Origin: Chrysomallon squamiferum
Lineage: Eukaryota; Animalia; Mollusca
Reading direction: 5' to 3'
Assembly: GCA_012295275.1 (NCBI GenBank)
Contig: CM022665.1
Span: forward strand, 7,130,001-7,194,000
Length of the DNA: 64,000 bases
Position numbers and translations under genes: made by a program. Positions within the stretch are counted from its first letter, which is position 1; each line of letters opens with the position of its first letter. Shown here one piece after another: positions 51,755 to 64,000 of the stretch. A model generated the notes under the pieces. That model ran no database searches. It was given only the letters and a program-made list of their open reading frames with translations, and was not told the origin of the DNA.

Positions 51755-53080
51755 TTATTCCTGTAGTATTTCATCTGTTCTGCACATTAGTTCACTCTGG
51801 TATCTTGATGTTTCATCTGCAAGGTATGGTCGAAGAAGTTCAGAACGATTCATTCGTGGGTATTTGTTCTCCACCCGATTGCGAGATTCGACATTGTAAT
51901 ACATTTGTTCACGTTTTTCCAGGAAAAGCCTTTCGTCATGTTCATAGTGTGGAATTCCCCCAATTTCAGCATTCTGTTCATAAAAATATATCTTTAATGA
52001 AAGTATCCAATATTTTTTTTTTTTTTTCAACATTTAATATATTTTACAAGCGTTGATCACTTAATCAGTTCATGAATTTAAATTACATTTTGCAGGACTC
52101 CTAAGTCATTGTTTTATACAAGCAACTAATATTAACTATTAATATATATGACAATAAAATGGTCATCTTTTACATAAATGTATGAATGTTATTTAAAAAC
52201 TGCATCTGCAATCTGATACCATTTCACAAATTAATTACATAAATTATTTTTTCTAAGCAAAATATTTCTAATTCTTAAACTTTATGTGAAACCATTTAAA
52301 AAAATAATAAATAAAAATAAAATAATAAGAATAATGTATTACCTTTAATATATTGCCCCTGTTTTTCATGTCTGTTTTCCATTCCATTGTATATCCTTTT
52401 GGTATCATAGGGTGAAGTTGTGAATAAACAGGTATTCTAAAATGTACAGTGGTGAAAATCTAATTACATTTAACTTAACAAATCAGTTAAATTATCAGGC
52501 CTGTGAAAGTAATTGAAGCATGATTTGGAACTAAAAGAGACATTTATTCTATCAAAAAATTAGATGAAATTTTTATTTAAGATATTTTTGGATAATTAGT
52601 GTGTATTTATACATAAAATAATAAATAATGTGAAGATAAAATAAAATAAAATAAAATGACGGCAGGATTGCACATAAACGTTATATGGAGACATGTACCT
52701 CCATTTTGAAAAGATATATTTATATTTTATGTTTATTTTTATTATTAAATACAAAAAACAACAAAAATGCAATCCATTAAAAACTTAAACATATCAGAAA
52801 TATATAAATAAATTAAAAGGAAGTAAAAATGAGTATAGGATTAAAATTACATACTAAGTCTATTGTTAAACACAATGTTTATATTCGATACAACATAGCA
52901 ACAACATCATGCACAGTTTGTTGTACACACATCGATACATATATTTTATACCTATAATAATAATGTTTAGATGAACTCACTATTTTATAAATTGTATTAA
53001 ATTCTTAATACTCACCTAGATTCACTGTAAGTAAATAGATTCTTCTGAAATTGAGGGTTAATAGTTCTTCCCAAAGGCAT
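51755..53080 (-). CDS. TEX43: TEX43/SPMIP10-like sperm/ciliary microtubule inner protein, 125 aa, 3 exons
   Basis: Exons 53080-53016 (MPLGRTINPQFQKNLFTYSES), 52436-52343 (RIPVYSQLHPMIPKGYTMEWKTDMKNRGNILK) and 51973-51755 (NAEIGGIPHYEHDERLFLEKREQM...SRYQSELM...stop). GT-AG introns, phases 2,0, total 378 nt. Matches recalled human TEX43 motifs [29 protein letters not shown], SLFL and SRYQS. Confidence 0.82.
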
Positions 53081-53353
53081 GATGTTGCTTAGATTGAAAG
53101 TGTCGAATAACGGACTGGTAACTGTGCATTGAAACAATTTTAGATTATATGACCTCAAAATGTATCACGTGACTAATACCTCTCTAGAAAAAAAAAACCG
53201 GAAAAAAGAAAAAAAAAACGGAAAAAAAAAAACAATATGGCGTGCGAAAATTGATTGTGAACATTTCACTCCACTGAAATGTACGATGCATGTTTTTAAA
53301 TTTATGTTGTCGGAAGAGAAATTCGCAGTTTCTTTTCTTTAATAATGATTACT
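53081..53353. promoter_or_regulatory. Putative bidirectional promoter TEX43/GPATCH2 with probable non-coding GPATCH2 exon 1
   Basis: Local CpG enrichment between divergent genes. Motifs: E-box TCACGTGAC 53165-53173, ETS-like CCGGAA about 53198, YY1-like AATATGGCG 53234-53242. Splice donor ACT|GTGAGT at 53353/53354 pairs with acceptor TTTTAG| at 54425. Confidence 0.55.
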
Positions 53354-54451
53354 GTGAGTGTTGTTTCTTTAATATTAATATTAGTGAAAAGAAAAATGGT
53401 ATAATAAAATACTGTTACTGTTAGTATTATACTATTACTAGTGTTACTGTTAGTGTTACCGTACTGTAATTCTAAATTTAGTAAACAACAATTTCACAGA
53501 CGAGACTATTCATAGGATAATCATAGCCTTTCCAATACAAGAATTTAGTGATTTTAAACTAATTTCAAGTGATCGTTCAGTCTGTAAATTGTAATGAAAA
53601 TTCATTATTTATAAAATTGATTTGACTGGGATGAATATAAACTATATTCGAAAGAAAATTGAATTCTTATGGCAACCTCAAAGTAACATCATTTGAAGGG
53701 TTCTTGGTCTTAACCGATTTCGCAAGCAAATATTAATTAATGATTAAAATGTTAAATATTAATAATTATAACATTCTGGGGAAACAGATACAGGCCTACA
53801 TAAACATACTAATACTTATACTGTAATAGTAATAGTAATAGTAATAGTAATACACACAAGTAAACACTAATATCAAATTGTTATGATGGTGATTGTATGC
53901 TCTGTGAAAGAAAACGTGGTCATAGACGTAAAACCATCACTGCAATCAGCATCAGTTCTGTTGGTGACAAGATTAAATTAAAAGGGTCATTATTACACAA
54001 ATGATAATTTATTTATTTTTTTATTATTTTTTTTTTTTGAGGAGTATAAATTAGGCTACAATTTAATTGAAACAAAAGATCTGGAGTGCAGTACTGGTCT
54101 CAGTAATTAAGAATTTGAAAGAGGAAAAAATAATGTTAACTTTTAAATTTATTAAAATTTAAATAAAATGTCATCCACTCAGTGGTGACTTTATTAGTGG
54201 CTTTTTTTTTCAAAAGGTATAGTTACTGTCAAATGGTACTTATGCTGAAAAGACTGGTCTAACAATTTCGTACAGATCACCCAGTTGCTAATATATATGT
54301 TTTATAATAAGTTATAAAAATATTTTGTAAGCATAGGTAATTAGTAACAAGTTTTTAATTCAGAATTATTAGAAGCTGTGAATGGTATATAGCAGTGGTA
54401 ATAGATTGTTTATTTTAAATTTTAGGTGTGTTCCAGAATATCTACAAACAG

Positions 54452-56979
54452 ATGGATAACAGTATAGTAAATGAATTTGAGAATCTTCGTATGTTCTCAA
54501 AACGAACAAAGCTTCTGAGAATGGATGAGCTTGTTCAAGACTTGACTCTTGCCCTAGAGGAAACAGTTAAGGGTCAGAAATCATCACAGTCAGAAAATCT
54601 TACACCTGGAGCTATGGCTCGTAGGTTACATAAAAAACGAAAAGGTAAGAGAAGACGTTCCAATCCAAATTCAGGATGGAAATGTGGGGTTATCAGCGAA
54701 GCATCAGAAAGCAGTTTGGATGAGGCATTTAAAGATTATATTGATACTGTTACACAGTTAAGTGACTCAGATGATGTTACAATGACAAGGAGTATACAGA
54801 GACTAATAGTTCCTATTTCAGATCCAATTCCACCAGTGGAATCGGATTCTGTCACAGAAAATTTTTCTCCCATGAGACCACCAAGACGTCGCAGAAAATT
54901 CAAAAGTATGACATTTGATTCATCACCACCCCAAACTGGTGACTCAGCTGTGTTCCTTGAGCCAACAGTGAACAGATACAAACTCAGGACTAAAACATTG
55001 CAGGATAATAACTCTAATGTAATGAATGACTCGACGGCAGGATCTTCCAGCTCGGTCATTGATGCAGCAACTTATCAGAGCATCTTGCCTGGTAAAAGGA
55101 AGCGTAACAACAAAAGCAGAAATGATTTTGTAGCAGCAGGTGAAAATGCAGATAATCTGGATGGAATGGATATGTCCAGTTATTCACAGTAAGTATTTTA
55201 CTTAATAAATTGTAAAAATCTTTTTTTAAAAGTCTTTAGGTTATTAGTAGATTTCAAGCAAATGAATGTTTTATTGTTAAAACAATCCTGCTTGTTATAA
55301 ATGAAGCTATAATGTATAGGTACAAACACTTTTCAATTAAGAGGTCACACTGGTGCTGTTTTCTGAGACAGGTGGTTTTTATTTTAAATTGAAATATGTA
55401 TTGGACAGTATGTAGACGTTAAAACTATAAGTCAAATATGTTGTTTTCCACTTACTAAATGACTTTTAAAAAGAAAGCTGGGCAGCTTTGGAGTGTGTTT
55501 CTTAGTATTGCTCAAAATAATAATACAATTGTTATTAAATGATTGAAATGAAATTGATATTTCACTCTGTATTCTTCAAGCAGTTTTGTCTGCCTTCAGT
55601 AAATGTCTTTTATCAATGACCATTTTCTTCCATATGAATTCTTAATATCATAATCAATAATCAATATATGTATATACACATACACACATCATTAAAAATT
55701 TAAGCTGCCATAGATATTGTCATATATGATAAACAGAAAGTAAGATTTGAGTTTTTATACCAATTAAACATGTTTTGTTTTAGTGAAAGCAGTTCCTTAA
55801 GCAGTAGTGAAAGTGATGGCCTTGTTACCAATGATGAAGGAAGAGAAGGTAATCCTTAATATAAATTTAAAATATTTATTTCGTATAAAGATTCAGTAAC
55901 TTTGAATAGGACAGTGGTGATAGAACCTATTGTTTACAAAGTGTATATTGATAAATATCTGCAAATATATATATTTCCCAAATCAACTAGAACAATTATT
56001 AATATATGTTTTATTTATAAATAGTTTTCACATGTAAGGCAGGGATTCAGGTTAAAGAGTGACATTACTTTTTTTCCCTTTTTATTTTTAATTGTAGAAC
56101 AGACATTTAAATGTAAGAACAGACATTTTATAAACGTTTCTGTTTTCATTCAGAGTATAATAAGTTAAAAAAAAAATAAAGAAAACTAAAATCTCTATTT
56201 CTAGATTGTTCAAATGCTTTTCTGTGCCTGATCATTTACATTTATAGTATATTAATATTATGAGCGATCAGGTTATCTTTTCAGAATTTTGTTTAAATTA
56301 ATTCTTTATTTTATTTTTTTTTTTTGAGGTAGAGCTTAATTTTAAAATTTTAGAAAATATTTATAAATTATATTTTCAGTTTATTAGATACAACGTAAAT
56401 TGTTTTTGACATTTTCATATACCTCAAAACAATTTTTTCTATTTTGTTTAGCGACCAACAAAAACAAAAAAAGATCCATAAATGTTGGTAGTGTATAGTG
56501 GTTCTTACTTTGAAGAGTTATAGCTTCTTTTCTTTTCTTTCTTTCTTTTTTTTTTTTTTTTTAAGAAGTAGAACTTAATTTACATCTTAAACATTTTTTC
56601 ATTTTAAAGCTGATGATGAACAGAGTGACTTTTTCCATGAACCTGGTCCAGCTTGTGGTATAGCTGGGATTGTTCCATGGTGGGAAAATGAACGTGTTAC
56701 AGACAGTGATGTCATGATGGACCCAAATTTTGAAAGTATTCTCACAGGAACATTTGAACATCTTCCAAAATCTTCACAACTGAGTTTCAAGGCACGCGTT
56801 TCCAGACTTATGGCTTCAGTAAGACTATTTAAGGCATTTGATGCTAGAAATAAACAGTTATTTTCTTTAAAAATGTAAAGGTGAAGTAATAAAATATGTG
56901 CTTGTATAATTGGTTTATAAGTTCAGAAAAAAAAACCCACTTTAATTGTAGTTATTTATTTAACAATGACTGATAGTTC

Positions 56980-57012
<33 letters not shown>

Positions 57013-58380
57013 ATGGAAGAGAGATGAGACTAGGAAGACGGAAACTGAAAGGAAAAGTATGTTGTTTTTTTGTTTGTTTTGTTACAGGTAATAATGTGGA
57101 CTTCATTAAGTATCTTCTGTATCATTATCAGTGTCTGAAATGTTACTTCATTATCACAACTCCTGACAAGAGATAACATCTCAGTTATATTAATAGTGTA
57201 ACAGTATTAAGTAAATGGTGCATTTACAACCTTTAACCTAACCAACAAAGATATATTAAATCTTGTTGTATTATTTTAATGTTCATTTAATGCTTTGTAG
57301 TAATGAAATACAGAGAAATTTAATGCTAATGCATAGAAAGCTAAATTAATTGTTGAGGAAGTGTTTTTTTTGTTTAACAAAACTACTTATGGTTACATGG
57401 CATTAGAAGACTGTATAGTTAAAACAATTTTTAAACTTTTACATTTCTTATAGATGCCAAGCTATACCATGACACGTTTCATTCAGGATCGACAAATGTG
57501 GAGTCAGATGCAGTCTTGTTATAACCCATCTGGCTGGCATCCAGGCAGCTTCCCACCAACATCCACTGAATGTAAAAGACGACGAAAGGCAAATTCATCA
57601 GGACCTGTTGATGAAGGTATTATTCTTGATTTTTAAACTGATGTAGTCAAGTTGACAGTAATAATTAACATTACAGTCTCATATAATTAGCACGAGACAC
57701 GTTAATGGTAATTTATATTTTATGTTACTATAATTTGTAGTGATATTACAATGATAGCAGTCGAGTAAGGGATTATCAGAATCCTGCTTTTAAAAATTAC
57801 CCAAAATGCCTTCTTTTTCATTCATTTCATACTTTTATTAATTTTAAAAAAAACAATAAAAAACATTTATGTTCTCATGTTTGAAGGTGATTAATTCTGC
57901 GACAATTACTCATTCCTAAAGAAAATAGTTTGTTATTGAGTAATTTCTAGAGTAAATTACAAAATTACTAATTAATATCATTTCATTTGAAAATAAGTAT
58001 CTGCTATATATATATATATATATATATACATACATAATAAGCCTATTAATATTTATAATATATAATATATAATATATAATATATAATATATAATACTAGC
58101 ATATATCTATAGTTAGTTAAATAATTGGTTTTAACAAATTTTATTTTATTTGATTTTGTTTGTTTTTCATTTTTTCATTCCTACATCAGGTTTTATAGGA
58201 AAGCATGCAACACCAATTTCTGACGAAAACATTGGAAATAAAATGCTGCAGAATATGGGTTGGAATCCAGGATCAGGCCTTGGACCAAGTGGATCTGGTA
58301 TTAAAGACCCTGTTCAAGCTTATCTGAGATCAGGTCGAAAGGGTCTAGGCTATGATTCCAGTGGCCATACAGATAAATAA
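54452..58380 (+). CDS. GPATCH2: G-patch domain-containing protein 2, about 469 aa, 6 coding exons
   Basis: Exons 54452-55188, 55784-55848, 56610-56818, 57012-57056, 57454-57616, 58190-58380; phases 2,1,0,0,1 consistent. Motifs MDELVQDLTLALEE, KKRKGKRRRS, SEASESSLDEA, ESDSVTE, TNDEGREADDEQSDFF, CGIAGIVPWWE, FESILTG, and a C-terminal G-patch NIGNKMLQNMGWNPGSGLG...RKGLG. The start could alternatively be the ATG at 54491 or 54522. Confidence 0.92.
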
Positions 58381-61300
58381 AAATAGTATTTTAGTTTTCC
58401 TTCATTTATATCAAATTGTTTATGTTATTTTAATGTTATAGGAAATATATTTTAACTGAAAAATGGTTTAGCTGCGGAAGTGGAGTAATACATTCTACAT
58501 AATCATTCCTGTATCCATTTGAATTAACATGAGCGTCACTTTTTGAAGTTAACGTAAGATTTCGAATGTACTGTGGTTCAAGGGTTTTTTTGAAATTTTG
58601 TTTATATATTCAGAGTGGCTAGTTACACAGTTGACAAGACAGAATTTGTATAGTATTTGATTCTTATTTACTTTGACACAGTATATCTAAATTAGATATG
58701 TCCTGCATGTGCATTCATTTGAAAAAATAACTAAATAATATATCAGCATCTCATTGGTTTTATTTTCAACCATTCTGCAGCAGAAATATAATGGCAGCTA
58801 ATATATTTAAAAACAGCCAGATTAAATTTTTAAACACAACATTTTTGTCATACTATTTGTTGGATGCAAATAGCTGCATTGTTCATATCCATTGTGTTAT
58901 TAAATTCACTGTGAATATTTTGATTGTAATATATGTTTAGAAAATGAAATGTTTTTTTCTGTAATAATAGAAATTGACTTCTGTAATTGTTATTAAAACC
59001 ACACTGCAATTTGATGAAAATCTGTTTCATTTTAATCATTTTTTAATTTTTAAATCTTTTAAAACTGAACAGTTACTAAATTTATTGCAATATAAATATG
59101 GAAATAATAATGAAATTTCTATGCTGTTTTAAACTAAATATGAAGATGCTTTTACATTGGGTTTTATTTTTAAAAATAATTTATTATTATATTGTATAGA
59201 TAAAGATGAATTTTTTTTTTAACACATATCATTGTTATTCATAAAAAATTGTTCTATTTGCTTTTATGACACTGTCAGTTGGATATTAATAAAAAAGAGC
59301 CTTTTTTTTTACAAAACACTTGTTTGGAGGCTGTAACAATAGTATTTTAATTAATAAACTGCATATGACTGAAAAATTGTATCTTTTAATTTATATGGTG
59401 GTGTTATTTTTTATTGGTGGATTTACAGGTGGTACAAAAGAAAGGATAAAGGAAAAACAATAATTTTATTATAAGCATAAATATTTTTAAAACCTAATAT
59501 GACATGTCAATGCCAGTATAAATAACATTTGTATATAGTTTTTATAAAAAAAAAATCCAGCAATAATTTATATATATTCACAAAGCTTTTTATAATCCAA
59601 ACACTTACACTAGCCAAAAGTTTCCAAGATGGCAGCTTTTCCTTTTATATTTTTAACTTTCAAAATAACCTTCATTTTTATTTATTCTGTTAGTCAAAGT
59701 ATAAACAGAACATTTTCAGAATTGCCATTCATACTGAAGATATTCCACTTGTTACGAAATGTTATTTTATAAAACATTAATTTGTCAGTAAATTTTAATT
59801 TAAAAGAATCTAAATAATAAGATTGTTTATGACAGTCTTAATAAACTTACAGTTCAGAAAATTGTCTCTGACTGATCAGTCTTGTATGGTTATTTAAACA
59901 AAAAAATTGATCCATCATAAATTTCATTGTGTCAGTGCAAGGCTTTTTTTATGTTGTGTTTTCTTTACATGTTTCTATTATACTTTGCTGTTTGGTAATC
60001 ATGGTTCCATCCTTTATTACAGTGGGAAAAACATGTACATCATGTGTTTTGACTAAAAATACCTAAACTTCTGAATCTGTGCCAGGTTGTATGTCAGTAC
60101 CCAGTGTTGTGAAGGACCAAGTGCCATGAAATAGCTCTGAAAATTTCAAAGTCTCTGTGAGGCTATACTTCTGTAAGATATTCACTGCATGTTTTTTTTT
60201 TTATTGTGTATCTAACATTCATTAAGCACCTGGTATTTTGTGACTACTTTATTATTTATTTTTGTTGCCTCTTTTAATAGCATTGACTGGTATTTTCTTC
60301 TCATCATGTTCTGAAATAAGCTTTTAACCTATATATTATGTCATGTAATATTATCAACAGCACAAAATTATATAATCAAAAGAATTAACAAAAGAAACTG
60401 TTTAACAATCTATTTGAAGAAAACATTAGCTCCATGACAGAAACCACTAGTCCTTAAAATTAATTCATAGGCAACATACATTCCAACATTCTCTGCATAA
60501 TCTTTCTGCTTATGTCTTAACAGCTATATTAATTCTTCACATATTGGTAATTCTAATATCATTATTTGCTTCACCATGTATAAATCCTTCCGTCCAGGCA
60601 AAACTAGGGCAGGTCAGACACCAGAAGTTGTACCAGCATGTGCCATTTAGACCACTTTACCGTCTATCATACTGTCAATAAAGATACGTATATTTTTTGG
60701 TTGAATAATAAGAAAGACTTTGCATTTATGTTGATTCATATTTTTGTGCTGTAGCAGATTTTTTGTTTGGAATTGTGTTTCCAATTTTCAATATTATTCA
60801 TAGTTGCCTAGCAAAACTAGGATAACCCTCAATCCACCTCTCAGATTGCTGAGTAAGTATAAACAACAGTTTTTCCATTGCATTGTCTACTTCATGTCTA
60901 CTTATTCATATGTTGGCACGGGAGAATGTCTTCTGTGTTGAAGATGTAATTTGGGTTGTATAGCATATCTGGATCTGCTATCACCCTTTTTCTATATTAG
61001 AGATAAAGTGATCAGTGTCATTTCTGTTAGGAAACTGAACATAAAAAAATCAAAACAAAAAAAATCATATTTGAATGTTAAAAAACATGACCAGGAGCAC
61101 ATAGGCAGTTCCTGATATGTAGTCTTGATACTGGAAATACGGGTTCAAAAGCTCTGCATAACAATTTATTTTTAATAAGGGTAGAAACATGATCATCAGT
61201 TGAATGATGATGAGAGAGATGTACAGGTCTGGTGTTACAATTCAGTGGAATCAGCTTGTCATAAGCCATTAACAGTGCACATTAATACTGCAAACAAATT

Positions 61301-64000
61301 GTATTGGCAATTACCACTGTTAAAGAACTGACAGATTCTGCTGCATTATAACACCAGAATCTGTGTCAGTTATTTCATTTTTTAATTACTAGCAATGGCA
61401 AGTGTTAGTATTATTTGCATGTCAGGTGCTATTAATGTTTGTTTTTATCAGTGTTTTAATGTAGTTAGAAACTAAATTTTGAATTACTGTAACCTTTTTG
61501 TAATGTAATGATGTCTTATTTAAACCATTTTATTTTGTTGGAGAATGCATTTCTCCTTTTAGAATTTGTTTATAAGTATGTGATAATTCTGACATTTCAT
61601 ATACATTTTTTAAACAACATCTAACTGTGTTAGACAAATTTGAATGTATTAATAAAATGTAATGTATTAACTGCTACATAAAAACATATTATTTCTTTTA
61701 AGCTAATTATTTAGTTGCATAATTTTAACTTTATTGTTTTGAAGTCTACTTGTTAGTTATGCTTGTTTCAGTATTTTCTGTTTTGTTAGAAATGTCTGTA
61801 AGCTGTAGCCCAAAAAAGTAAATAAATAAAGTATAAAGCAGTCTGAAAATTTTCATTCCATGAGTTGACACTTTATCTGAAAGATCATTATTTATTTTAG
61901 TTTTTTAATCTTTTATTTGCTTAAAAAAAAAAAAAAAAAAAACCAATTTTCAGTTAACAAATGGCCCATACTCTTGATAGATAATAAAGACTTTTCAGAA
62001 GTAACTTCTATTTTGAAATGAATTTGTGAAATTGGATCAAAGTGGCTTACAGAAATAGCTTGAATACACTTTCACTGTCTCACATTCTATTTGATTGACA
62101 ACTCACATATATAAGTAGTCAGTTCTTCCTTAAGAAATGATGTCATAACTATATGATTGTAAATATTTAAAAGTATTTTAGTTCAGTGTATACTAGTCAA
62201 AGGTTATTTAACTCTCTTGTCATTCCATATATTCATGATAAATACTCATTAGAAAACAGTTTACAAAATGCAGATCTGGGAAGACATAATTTACTGTTTG
62301 AATGATTATTGAAATAAATGTGTTACACAACAAAGGCTCATCAGCCTATCTTGTCAAACTCTTTAACTCCAACAGTAATTTAAAACATGTTACAAGTACA
62401 CATATATTAGAACTAGATTGAAGGTACATTTCAACTGAAAATTTGTACCAGGAATAATAATTTAGGATCTGTGTGGAGCTCTTGCATTTAAACACCTACA
62501 TTTTTATGTTGGAGGCTTTCACAACAATGTCTTTATTCATTAATATTTTTGTCTGATAATATTCCATATTTCTGTGACATGATTTTAAATATAGAAATTT
62601 AGAAAAACAAGTTGTACTTCTTATACATGTTTGCAAATTATTGTCATACTTTATTATCAGCAAGGATTATTTTCTGAAGATCTGGATATGATAAAATGGG
62701 AATCAAGTAAAACGAATAATGAAAGATTAATTTTTTTTTTGTGTTGGGAGATGGTGTGTAAATATTCTTTTATTAAATTATTGGCTTCAACAAAAATACA
62801 TAGCATTTTTAAGCGAAATTCAAAGACAATATTTAGATATTTATTCAACCACAAATGTGACATTTTTGTTCACCTTTCAAAATCTGTATATATATATATA
62901 TATATATATATCATGTATTTCAGACGTGTGAAATGAAATTGTGCTACCTAACGAAAAATGCTACAAACCTTTGTTCCAGCCCTGTATTTATGTTAACTGT
63001 TCCTTTGAATACATTCTGATTAAGTTCTATCACTAGGAAATAATGCAAATGAAATATTGTGTAGACTTCTGTGCAGGAACATGTTTTAATTTTCTAGTTT
63101 CAGTTCGTCAGTTAAGTAATTAAATTTCAATTCTTTAGTTATTTCTTTTATTGCAAAAATCATCCAGACTTAATAAACAAGGGGTGACAAACATCCAAGG
63201 ATCTATAACCAGTGAAGATAGTGTCATCCAGATTATGTTCTGATAGGTACAATATAGATGTTTTGTCATCTTTAATAAATAATCCCAGTCACAGACATTT
63301 TAAATAAAATTTGGAAGTATACAATGTAACTTTAAAGGTACACTTTAATCAGTATTTTGTAATGAGAAAACATACTGCAGGTAAAATAAATGATTTACCC
63401 ACAAAGAACATGGCATGGCGTGAATTATTTGTTTTTTTTTTTTTTTTTTTTTTTTTGTTCCAATTTGCAATACATTATCCTCACTTCCACTTCAATCAAA
63501 CCTAAACATGTCCACTGACATTACCCAAGCTTAGTTTGCTAATTTTAACCACTGCTAAAACACTTGTATGCAGGATTAAGGGTATATTTAATCTTATTAG
63601 AAATAATCCAGGTTCACACTTTGCACATTCTTCACAGGAAGGCTGTGTATGAAAAACAAAACAAATAATGATAACACTAATTATGTTTAACATTTTTATT
63701 TAGCAAAAAATATCAAAAGTGAAATTGTTTTAAAACAGTAACATTAAATATAAAGTTGAACACTCCTAACATTTGATCTTTATTCAAATTCTCTAATCAT
63801 TTCTTACATTAAAACATGTAAAATAATTATTATTAATGTTAACAAATCATTCTTTCCCAACAGTACTAGAACATTAAAAATAAACAATTATAATTTGTGT
63901 TAACACTTCAGTGTTCATAAGCATTAATAGTTATTTAATAGAATATATATAGGTATCAGTCAAAATTGTATTATTACAAAAATAAGTAGACATTATTAAA

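Noticed and set aside
60400-61350. Possible decayed LINE fragment (minus-strand WTEGFI word) downstream of GPATCH2
   Set aside because: Only a few residues resemble a reverse-transcriptase motif and there are multiple stops; not supportable without a search.

Overview
This is AT-rich, intron-rich eukaryotic DNA from an invertebrate animal. Gene content and a dispersed repeat suggest a lophotrochozoan, probably a gastropod mollusc (inference). Five protein-coding loci can be assembled by hand with GT-AG boundaries and consistent phases. (1) The first coding exon of a Jagged/Serrate Notch ligand (- strand, 21227-21562), followed by an intron of more than 21 kb that appears to run off the left edge. 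(2) A nuclear receptor with TWO tandem zinc-finger DNA-binding domains plus a ligand-binding domain (2DBD-NR; + strand, 9 coding exons, about 894 aa). (3) A 5-exon, 214-aa protein made of two muconolactone-isomerase-like (CatC/MIase) repeats, a mainly bacterial enzyme family. (4) A TEX43/SPMIP10-like axonemal protein gene (- strand). (5) GPATCH2 (+ strand), head-to-head with TEX43. Non-coding structure includes a roughly 20 kb CpG-retaining domain over the Jagged/2DBD-NR 5' ends, Su(H) and Hes motif clusters at Jagged, a 1.3 kb segment bounded by inverted repeats just upstream of the 2DBD-NR, dispersed repeat remnants and microsatellites. No rRNA, tRNA or CRISPR features were seen. Family assignments rest on remembered motifs, not database searches.
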